Made by a program: the position numbers and the translations under genes. Below the pieces are notes generated by a model. It was given only the letters and a program-made list of their open reading frames with translations, was not told where the DNA came from and did not search any database. This document shows positions 49,634 to 60,744 of a stretch of DNA of 64,000 nucleotides, piece after piece; position 1 is the stretch's first letter, and each line of letters begins with the position of its first letter. This stretch comes from Marsupella aquatica (taxonomy: Eukaryota; Plantae; Marchantiophyta): the NCBI GenBank assembly GCA_973895155.1, contig OZ316896.1, positions 9,197,539-9,261,538 on the forward strand, given 5' to 3'.

Positions 49634-51875
49634 ATTTATGTTCAAACAATGAACACTCAAACTATTGTAGAATAAGGGCTATTAATGGTATAGTGTGAAG
49701 CAAGGACTTACCGTACTGCCACCTGACTTTGGGCAATTAAAAAAATCCCCCCAAAAAGGAATCACATCTCAAATATTCGTGGAGTGAGCCAAAGAACCAA
49801 AAATATGAAGGTACTCAGAGCCAAAACTTGAAAGAGTCAAGTTTTGTATTGAAAGGTAGAAAATATAATTTCAAGAAAGTGTGGATAGTGAACAAGTGAA
49901 ACTAAGGGAATGTGGGGAAAAGAATAATAAATGAAAATTAAAAAAATTACCCTAGATTCTTGTGCATTTACAAGATATCGTACCTTCTGGCATTGAGAGC
50001 GTATAGGGTCACTTTATTAGCAAAAGCCATCTTAAAATTTTAGAGCATAAAAACAATTAAAAATTATTCTGACTCTTGTATGGAGAACACAAAGGTATCA
50101 ATCTGCAAAGATTTCAAAAACCACTCTCTTGCATTTAGAATAACTTTAGCAATCTACAAATATTATTAAAATCTTCTCTTACATTAAACCTATGGGTACA
50201 AACGTTCTTAACCCAAGTCATACTTCATTTGAAAACAAAGAATCTCAAAAAGGCTCCTCAAATAAAGCTTGAGTGCATTAATAAGTTTAATAATACGCCA
50301 ACTTTCCATGACATATTTTTGACCCAGGGCCTTCAGAATTGATGTAAATTTAGCAATTTTTGTGTCATTTTACTCTACTTAAGACAGCCCCTGATGACGG
50401 AATGTGTGAATTGTTGGAATAGAAATTACTTCTATGGGTTTGCTCAAAAACCAATTTGTTGACAAGGACCCAAAATATGTTTATGATGAGTGAAGGTTGG
50501 GAAACAAAACAAAAAAACCAAATGCGCGCTCAGCCAACACATTTTTTTTTACACTTGGCTCACTTGAGGTGAGCGTAGTCAAATGGCAGTATGGTACATC
50601 TACTCACCTTTATTTATGTTGAAAGAATAGGCACTCAAGAATATAATATGTCTGGTGAATCCTTCTTTGAGTATTTTGTCTTATTTGTATATTTTTATTT
50701 CAATCTCATCATTTGTATTATTTAGATACACTTGGAGTATCTAATGTGAGATCATGCTACCTATAGGAGATTGAAGGTGCGATGACTAAGATGGCAGGAC
50801 CCAGTAACCTGAATGGGAAACCCACCCCAAAGCGTCCTACAATTAGCAAGTCCAATTCAAGCGACCTATTACAGCCAACACCTTTTTACTATATATCTTG
50901 TCCCCCAAACTTAGCTAAATTACTATCATATCTTCAAAATTATTTTAATTGCATTCCAAGGAAAATTATTTAATTGCTAAGTTGCCCCCCATTTTGTCTA
51001 TGAGTTACTTTCACGGTTTTAGTTAACTACACGTGATTTCTCATTGGTGGGCTGACACATGGTGAGGGGCTATTGGCTCCACCTTACCCTGCCCGAGTTT
51101 ACCCTCACCTGATTGGTTCTTTCCCATTTTTTGGACAAGCCCTACACCAACAAGGCTGGCCCCCTCCCTCTCTCAAGTTTCAATCCCAACCCTGATTACA
51201 TGGCTGGCTGGATAGTAAGAAGCTGTAGCCGCCAACCCCATCTTATGTCTTGTGAATGAAAGTTCCTTGAAAATGTCTTGTGAATGAAAGTTGATCACAG
51301 GATAGTAAAAAGTTGTAGCCGCCAACCCCATCTTAGTCTTTGAATGAAGTTGATCACATTTCCTGGCATGATATTCCGATAGATCGAGGTATCCAATCCA
51401 ACTGAAACGTAATACTACGTACTCCTCTGAGTTTTGCAAGAGCCATCCCGGACAGAAACCGCACTTGGGGGTATCTGCTGTGTCCATGAGATCATGCTAC
51501 ATATTGACAGAAGATTGACGTTGCGATGATTAAGATGACAAGACCCAGCAACCTAATTGGCAAAACCACCCCAAAACTGATTGTCGTGATGAACCATGAG
51601 CATTGCCAAGTTCTGGGCGACAGCAGCATTGAGATAGATCGATCAAAGAGAGATATCCAAGCAGAGCAAGAACACCGGCAGATAACCATGGATGAACAGC
51701 AGCCAATCCCGCTAGATATGAAGAGGAGGTGAGTACATAGCTGTAATACTTGGTGACCGATCAAACACAGTCAAATCTTTCTCTTTCCTGTCACTTGGCC
51801 ACAATCTTATTTAAGTAGAGAAGAATTTTGGCAGGAAATTGTCCATTGAAGTGACCCCTCCTATTCACGAACGCA
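49634..51875 (+). repeat. Copy 2 of the ~2.3-kb direct repeat
   Basis: Matches 39238-41640. Has its own ~90-bp internal duplication at ~51210-51357. Confidence 0.95.
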
Positions 51876-52661
51876 CGCTTAATTATCTCCAATCGAGCCA
51901 TCCACTCAACATTAAGTAAAGTCGAGTAGAGTTTTATTGGCACAAGAAGTCTCATCCGTTTAGAGGCAACAAAGTTACAGTATGTACATGCAACTAATTT
52001 GACAGAGGGCTATCAACCATGTTTGGTTGAGGATGAGATTGCCCAGGGATTGGATCATATCAATGTTGGGGCAGAGGAGTATATAAATCACTATATTCAT
52101 TAAAACTGAAATTATAAAGGATACAGGGAAATTTGGAGATTTTAAAACATAGTTTTAGGCATGAAAATTGTAAATTTGGAAGATGAAAAATGAAAATTCA
52201 AGCATCATTAAATGTAAATTTGGGGACAAAAAATGAAATTTTGGGGAAATTAAATATTAAATTGGTGATATTAAAAAACAGTTGGGTGACAACAGTGTTC
52301 ATTTGGTTGGAAAATAGATAGAATCTAGTAATAACACATAAGCTTGGATGGCATCTATATTTAAAACATTTAGCTTGGGTAAGATATCTAACTAAGCAAG
52401 TTTGCCTTAGAATGACTATAGTGTCTAGACAAAGTTAACTAGGATGATATACAACCTACTAGAAGGAATGATATGGCATCATTTTCTAGAATTAAATTGT
52501 ACTAAGACAAATAAAATAATAATTATAAGAAAGTCCATTCAATAACTTAAAGTCCATAATTCAATAACTTTGAGAGATCATAGAATATCAATTTGATTGT
52601 CAGACTTGTTCTCTCACTTTAGACAAACTCATGGAAATCAACTCAACCCTCTAATCACAAG

Positions 52662-53036
52662 TCATTTGAGTGGAGACTTGTGACCTGCTCTATCAATATA
52701 CTCATCAATACCTTCCATGTAAATTTTGAGAGTTTTCAAAACATTCTTGGGAATTGTCAAACTTCTATCCATAATATTTTGTTCTTTAGCACTTGACTTA
52801 AACCCATACATTGCAGAATTTGCAAACTGCCAACTTTGAGCAACATTGTCAAACCCAGGATCCAGCTCCCAAGTCTTAGTGGTCTGAAAGCAACGTTCAT
52901 ATCGAACATCATCCTTTGCATCATGCTTACCATGTTTAGGCCTCCACCATTGTACTTGGAATATAGGAGCATTCCTCTTAGGGATGCTCTAAACAGACTT
53001 TGACGAAGACCCTTCAATATCATCAGGAACTTCATG
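52662..53036 (-). mobile_element. Probable C-terminal remnant of a transposase related to the 60.7-64 kb element
   Basis: A frame not shown in the ORF track reads HEVPDDIEGSSSKSV*SIPKRNAPIFQVQWWRPKHG...VRYERCFQTTKTWELDPGF...K*. It begins with HEVP, the point at which the 60.7-kb transposase breaks off (DPNHEVPST). Confidence 0.55.
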
Positions 53037-54137
53037 TGTGTCCTTTCCAACAATGTTTCATCGTGATTTCGCCTCAACACATAAACATCACTCTTATACA
53101 TACAAAAATTTTCAATGTTGATTCATTGTTGCAATTTTCAACATTGCCTATAAGGTTTTAGAGTTAAATTTATTCATTATGTTATCAACATTTATTCATT
53201 GTGAGTATATTACTTATATTTACATCAATGATTTGTATTATATATTTTATGTTGAAAATTTTGACAATGTTAATTTGATAACTCATCAAAAAATCAACAA
53301 GAATTTTCAACAAGTTTTTATTAGAATATCAGCATGTATTTAACACCCAAATAATATTCAATGATCTTGCAATGTTTCATTGGAAATTTGTTAAATATTG
53401 GAATGACAATGTTAAAATGTAAAAGTATTCGTTAAATCATTATAGAATCAATTTGATTACAATATTGACATATTACTTTTAAAATATTATCATTAGAATT
53501 TTATTATTAATTAAACATAATATAATTAATATTGTTTTAAAACTAAAATAATATGATATTTCAAGACTAATACAATTTTGGTTCATCATTGATAGATCTA
53601 ATTTTCTATTAAGGTTTCATGATCATAACAATATGACTTGTTTAATTTTACAGTTTCATCACAAATGGAATTGAGTTAGAAACTCGAACCGTGCCTTGAC
53701 CTACGCCCATGCTTGCCTTTCCAGCAGGATTTACTTATTATTTGAGGCTGTGAGAATGACATCTGTGCATGGCATGTAAAACTGGGGTTGACCCCTAATT
53801 GTATGATGCAGTTTGTAAGAAAGGTCTAGTGTCTGAGGACTATGCTTGATCATTCTACATGTAACTCATATGCTTTTGGACGTGAATTCACTTCGGATGC
53901 GGTTCCACGGGTGATATTCAGCAGACTGCACGATTCCTCCTCCACATCGAGGTTAATCAAATGTTACTAGAGTAACTTGACCCCGCTTTGCTAATAATAA
54001 ATAAATATTATATTAGTCACTTATTCGGCTTTGCTAATAATAAATTAATAATTGTCTCCCGGTTCTGCGTTCTTTGCCTTTATACAGTGACGACAATTGT
54101 GTCAAACTAGAATTCGAAGCCTTGCGTGGGAGCGTCG

Positions 54138-54348
54138 ACAAATGACCAACGATTTCTGCTGGTGTTCACTCTTGGGACGTACTTCGGGCCCGATGTGCGC
54201 AAGGAGGTGCCAAGAAAATCGGCGCTGCAACGAGAGGCGGAGCAGTTGCCTGGCTATGCGCCAATTCCCGAGCTTCTTCCCTCCGCATTTGCACAGGCAT
54301 GCTCGGTACAAAGGAACGTACAAAGTAGTCGAGAACATAGTGTTTATT
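54138..54348 (+). pseudogene. IDM3: Internally deleted, frameshifted fragment of an IDM3/IDL1-like (alpha-crystallin-domain family) gene N-terminal domain
   Basis: TNDQRFLLVFTLGTYFGPDVRKEVPRKSALQREAEQLPGY is fused at ~54258, in another frame, to RQFPSFFPPHLHRHARYKGTYKVVENIVFI. Both blocks recall Arabidopsis At1g20870 (FL..FI.GTYFGPD.RK...SA.Q and F..LFP..LH......K....IVFI). No ACD domain follows. Confidence 0.75.
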
Positions 54349-54721
54349 GTCATGGAGGGGTGATTCGGAATTGCTGATCTGGTCTATTCTAGTCTGGTCT
54401 GGTGTACTAGTTGTGGTGGTAATGGTGATGGTGCTCTCCTTCCTCTGATGTATGTTGCCATTGGGGAGGGTCGCAAACAGAAAGATGGCAAGTTCAGGAA
54501 CTGTGTATGGTGCGAGTTCAGGGAAGACGAGGTGTGAGATGTGCTTGGAACGTGGGAGCGACCGAATTGCGCATTTTAGGTCACGGGATTGAGTGACAAG
54601 ATGAGCAACGCGGGGCGGAGATCCCTTCTAGAGGGAGTGGGAGTGACAGAAAGTAATTGACTGCTGCTTCTATTTGTTGGACGAGATGCATGGCTTTCTA
54701 TCTTCCAGGTAATGCATTGCG

Positions 54722-54768
54722 TCTCTTCTCCCTCTCTTCTCCCTCTCTTCTCCCTCTCTTCTCCTCTC
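54722..54768. repeat. CT-rich tandem repeat (11-bp unit tctcttctccc x4)
   Basis: tctcttctccctctcttctccctctcttctccctctcttctcctctc, directly after a cag|gtaatg donor-like site. Confidence 0.85.
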
Positions 54769-57700
54769 GTCTGCTCTTTCAATCTCCTCTGTTCTCTACT
54801 ATATGCCACTCCTCACTACTCCTTTCTGCTAAGGATTTGGTGCGAGATTTTGATTTACAGCTCCAATAACTCAATTGGAGTTATGGTAATTTGGATGTAT
54901 CGGAGTGCTCCTGAGCGCCGATGCCAAGCTATGCGGGAGGTTCGATGAGTTGTAACAGGGATTGAACGTTCGCTTTCCTTGCTGTTGAAAGAAACGTACC
55001 TTGCTTTACATTACTGATTTACAGTGCTGCACTGTCAGATCCCTCCAACGGACGACGGATCCAACCGACCACAGCACACCGCTCACTCATGCGGAGGATC
55101 TCACGAACGACAAGCTATTTAAGTTTGCAACGGGACTGCAGACAGTAAAGTAGACTTAAAGGTGTACAAGACAGCACGTTATGGAGCATTGACGTGACTT
55201 CTTGGGTCGCAGAAGCAACGCAGAGTTCCTGTCGCTATCACATTGAGACACATGAGATGTTATTCATTTACTCAACGTGTATGTACTTCCTGCGGACGAA
55301 GTTAGGTTGACACGGAATTTCACTCTACCCAGTCAAGTTAGTCCAAGTTACTATTACAAATAATATCATTTCTGGTTATTATTTGTGTCATTCATGGAAA
55401 TTCAGAAGAACGGCCTCGATCTAAGCTAGAAGATTACGGACTGTTTTGTAAACGTGGTCAATTTTTGTTTATGGACGAAGAGGAGAGAAGAGAGGACAGG
55501 ACAGGACAGGACAGTGGTGGAATGAAGTGGAGTGCTCCAGTCGGGGCAGAGTCATCGATTTGCGTGGCTGGCTGCGCATACAAGGACAGATTTGATCATT
55601 TGATTGCCGCCGCACGAAGCCGAATTGATGAACTGCCATGACTCGTCGTCGTTTTCCTTGTCGTCGTCCTGATGGCAATCACCGGATCACAGCAAGCAAG
55701 CACAGACAGCAGACGAGTCGAGTCAGCAGATCTTAACGAACCGCGCCACGGTTCCCTAGTTGCGTAGATAAAACGATCCCTCTTCTGAACGAGCCATTAT
55801 TTTGTCCGGCTACGTTACGTTACGCATTCATTCATACGTCAATCAATCAAGTTGAAGGTGAGTTCTGATCAAATTGTGCATTCTTCCTCCATTGTAATTT
55901 CACGATGAAAGGCTATTGAATGTAGACATTCGCCAGTAGCCAGGTTAAATTTTGAATATTGAGTGGGAATAACTACAACCTACAGTAGCTACTGAATATT
56001 TACTAGTCAAACTTCTGAACGACACTGTCTGGCATGTGCTGAGTAATATCGTGACAGGTTATTTTTCGGTCAACTAGTAGAACATGCTTTGCCAAGTTTC
56101 ACTAGTTTATATTCAGAAGCTACGAGAAGTTGATGCAAGGATGCATCGACGCTGTACATTGAGGTTGCCCGCCAACAATTCAAGAAGATGTAGACCCTCC
56201 ATTTCTAAGACTTTCTCTCATTTTCCCTTTGCGTTTTGGCTTGTTCTGTTGTCGATTAGACAAAAGAAATTTCAAAACAAAAGCACAACAAGGATTGTAT
56301 ATAATTGATGCATGACGAGACCTCAAGGAGGACCACTCTACGCATTGGGCTCCATCCGCTTGCGACTAGAGACATCTTCCAGCTTCGGATCGATATGGTA
56401 GTCCCTAGTAGTCAATGAATTGATGTAATGAACCATCTATCTGCGATCTTAATTGTCCCTCGGATGTGCTGCGGTGCCCCCCTTGGGACCCAAGCTGGAG
56501 ATGCTCAATATCAGAGCAGATTCATATGGACAGGGAACCACACGGCTTGGATGGCTGAAAATATACTCGTTTTGTTCCTACTGCAGGCCCCAAGTCTGAG
56601 CGGAAGGGGTCACCATGCCTCCCGAATTGAAGGTAAAGGTATGTGCAGATCATGCTTGCGTAGTTATCTTGCCGTCCTAATTTCTGAACGGAAATCAGCC
56701 CAGTTACGTTCTGTGGTGTGTAAGTTTTTGTTCGGAGGGAAAAGTGCCTAAATGGGACTGTTGTCTTCCATGTATCACGAGCAATTTCTGTATAAGGTTT
56801 ACTGGCATCAGTTCGTGTTTGAATCCTGAATCTTGAACGACATTGCGTCTGTGCTGAGTAGTAACTGCGACTTTGTTGAGTGATCACAGACTCCCAAACT
56901 GAGAAATGAGTTAACAATCCTTCTAGTATTCACAATCTGCTAAGAATTACTTGTCGTAGTGGCTTCGGATTGCTGAATTGCTATAGTTGCTTCTCGGGGA
57001 GTTGGTATCGAGCTGTGCTTAGCTACATGCTGACGAATCCAGTGATCCCTGTTAGTTCGCGTTACCACGTTTACACGGCCTCTCGTCATGTCCTTTGGGC
57101 AGAGAATTCCTAGTAAGGCCCTAGCTATACTGGATGTTCTTCTGCGTTTCGACCTTAGATTGGGCAACTATACTTCTCACCTCTGGGCGCCCAAGGAAGC
57201 GGGACAGAATCTCTTTTTCAGCCCGGGATACTGTCCATCCTGGTTCAAGCCCTGCTCATTTCTTGCATGACGTCTCCTGCTGCCCGTCTCCTGATTTCCC
57301 GTTACAATCTAGATCAATTTTGTTGCCACTTGCTTCAACTTGTTGTTCTGAACGAATTGTCGAGCCTGCCCAATTTGCTACTTACACGGTCTGCATAACA
57401 CTTGTTCACAAGTTCTTCTTTGAAGAAATGTCGACAATTCTTCGTTTGGTATGCAGGACACTTCAGTTGGAAAGGGTTCTTTCTTGGAGGGCGATAAACA
57501 AGAGCACTCGCGCCGTAGTTTTTCAGAGGGCAATGTGCAGGTATGACGGGGGGTTGCTTTGGGGTTTGGATGGAAGATCTTCTCGTACTTTTTCTTCTCA
57601 AAACTTGTAGTTTTGATTCTCAAGTTTTGATGGCAAAGCTGGGATGATTCGTAAAAGAGTCCAGCAGGAGGAATTGATCCTGGAGAAGATACGGCTACTG

Positions 57701-60700
57701 CTATGCTTCTAGGGCTTCCTCCAACTGTTACGCTGAGCTGAGATTCCTCTGCCCAGTCAAGGTTTCCCCAACAGAGCCTTCGCGTAATGAATATTCTTTC
57801 CTTAGATTATGGGAAGGAAAGATGAGACTTGAAATTTGAGGGCTCTGCAAGATTACACTACTTAGACTGATTTGAACCTTTGTCAAACAGGTAAGATCGT
57901 ATTTCTCATAATTGTACCATTGAGCTCCGTATTCCCGGCACGGGAACGGAGCTGACTCGATGGAACTTTTGGATATGGACCGCTTTAGGCAACAGTCCTC
58001 AGCCAGGTATGATTAATTTTGTATGCATGTCAATTTGTTGGATTTGATGTGACCAAACGACCTTGAATACATTCTCAACAAAGACGTTTGATTTGCAGAG
58101 TTTATCCTTCATCTTCCGGTTTGATTGGTATTGGCATCCGCCATTGTTCTTGTACACGGCCTTCAGGTAATGAGACTGAAGAGCGATTTCAACGTTATGC
58201 GTACCTACTTTTAAACAGAAACTCTTGTTTCAGCACCACGGTGTGACATTTATAGTTGCGGGAATTTCCTGCTATGAGGCTTATGTGATCAAGACTTGAG
58301 TTGAACTTCAAGTTTGATTCCTTTTTCGTGTTAAGAAGCACAGGGTGGGGAGGAGGGGAGGGGAGGGGAGGCTGTTACATTCATATCGTAATTCTTCACG
58401 GATTGTATAAGAGCCAAGTTCAAGAATGATGGATAGCCTTTACTTCTGAATTATAGGAGAGGGAGGGAAGCGCTTTCACGTTCATGTCATCTGTGTCTAA
58501 TCACGATGGATTCTACAGATGATGGCTAGGCTTTATTTCTAAGTAGTCTCTTTTGAGAAATCTGAGATTCTGGTTTGTGTATAGCGCAGAAAGGACAGTG
58601 TAGGCAACTTACAAATGAACGCCTGTCAAGATGCCCTAAGAGTCTGTCCTTTACACAACCCAAGGATAACATGTGACTTCTGGCTGAAGTATTTTAGTAC
58701 CAATTCGACAGGCTTTTGACTCTGTACTTTCTGTGGGTACAGTGAAATACGGGAGAAGGAACGAGCTTCTTGATACCTGGATATGCCTTTCACAATTGTT
58801 TCAATATTCTATTCTAAGATCATTGCATTCTTGACAGATAGCCCTTACTCTCAGTTGGAAAGGAGTCATTTAACTTTTGCAAGTTATCCGGACGCCGAAA
58901 CAGTTTCTCGGTCCCACCGTATGTATGTTGGAGGAGGACGCGTAGTGCAGAGTAGAAGACAAGTAGGAATGGAAAGAAGGGATGCGGTGTGGGATTGCGG
59001 GCAGGAGGAGAGATGGATGTGTGATTTGAAGAATTTGCTGAAGCAGTGGTAGCAGGAGGCAGGGAGGGTGGCGGGGAGGGAGCAGGGAGTGTCGTCAATG
59101 AACATCAGTTGCTCGCAATCGGTGCGTGTGGATGGGGACTCGGCCGCCCCGTGACGCCAGGCACGGTTTCTTGCAGACAAGGCACGTCATTGCTTGTTGG
59201 TGTGCTCTGTTGTTCCTTGTTTGGTGGAATTTACATACTATGACAACATTTTCCGTGATGGATCTTCGAGAATTATGGTTGCCTTCGCACTTTTTCTGGT
59301 CTTGTCATGCCATATTTTAAATTATTTTAACGGGGCGAGATGGATGGTATCCGAATCCAGGTGAGAGAAGATTCTTGCGGAAGTCATGCAATGTAGCCAG
59401 GTGGACGGAGTGCCGAGAAAAGAGTGGTCAATGTGTCTGAAGATGGGATCGCTCGGATTTGCGTGTGGGCTCTGCGCTGGTTCACATGTATGAAGAGAGT
59501 GGCAGGATAGGTCGGCAAGCACCAGAAAAACAAGTCTTCTCCCAAGATTTAGAGCTCTGGACTAGCCCAAGTTAATCTTAAATTAGTAAAGTTCTCTTAT
59601 GATTCTCTAGGACAAACTGTCATTATGATTGGAATCCAGCGGTAACATATTTGTTAAAACTTTGATAACTCTAGCTCTAGTTGACCTTTAATATGGAGAC
59701 TAATATTTGACTACATAGCTCAAATTTCTTTTGCATCTTGATCAAAAGTTCATTTAAAGTGAAAGCTTTTGAAATAGGTTGCGAAAGTGTATTCAAATTG
59801 GAAAAATTGGGATACCCCAAAAAAATTATCTATTCAATGATAGTTGTGATGCATCAACAACAAATCATTGTCTCAGTCAACAACATTGATGAGCTTAAGG
59901 GAGATTGATGAAATAACAATGTAATAACTTCTCACCAATAAGATGACAATGCAAATACAAGGAAATGATAATGAGAAAATCCTATTGAAATGCTAATGAA
60001 ATGACGTTAAATTGACATAGATTCAACAAGGAACTGCAAAAGAATCTGTAATGAAAAAATGACAAATAAATCACGCTGGTGATATTCTGAAAATATTCTG
60101 AAAACTATGTTGAACTAACAACAAATCAACTACAAAAACACAGTTGTTTAATGAGGACCAAATGATGACCAATGTCACAATGAAATGGCACTGAAATGAC
60201 AATTTAACAGATGATGAAATAATGATAAACTCATGATACAATAACATGGAAATCATGATGATGGATCAATGGAATGGTATTGAATCAATATTGACTGAAT
60301 GACAATGGACAAATGATATAGGTTCATGATGAAAGGACAATGATTTGTCAATGAAGTGATAATGAATAAGCAATGCAACATGAATGATCCTTCAATGAAA
60401 ATATGGATTTTACACAATGAAAACACGATGATTACACACTAATGTGGCATTGATATATTGATAATTCAACATGCTAGACCAATGATGAATCAATGCAAAT
60501 TCTTTGTTTGTTATTTTGAAATTGAATCAATCTTGATCATACAATGGATAATTGATGAATCAATTTTAAAAAAATACAAAACAATGAATCAATGAGTAAA
60601 CATTGTAAATTCAACAATGACATGTCAGCGTGTAATAAGCAATGACACATTACTTGGTCAATATCGTACCCCGCACAGTCAATTTCATTGATGATTATTT

Positions 60701-60744
60701 GATGAATATTCTTCACCCCATTTTCCTGATGATGTTGAAATTCT

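Noticed and set aside
39238-51875. Full LTR retrotransposon carrying the LecRK
   Set aside because: The repeats lack TG...CA ends, and I found no TSD, PBS, PPT or gag/pol remnants.
55738-55760. Helitron 3' end (gaaccg-cgcca-cggttc then CTAG-T)
   Set aside because: The hairpin is only 1 nt from CTAG rather than the usual ~10, and no matching 5' TC end could be defined.
57134-57610. 158-aa ORF
   Set aside because: No motif, atypical composition, and it overlaps similar-length ORFs on the opposite strand.
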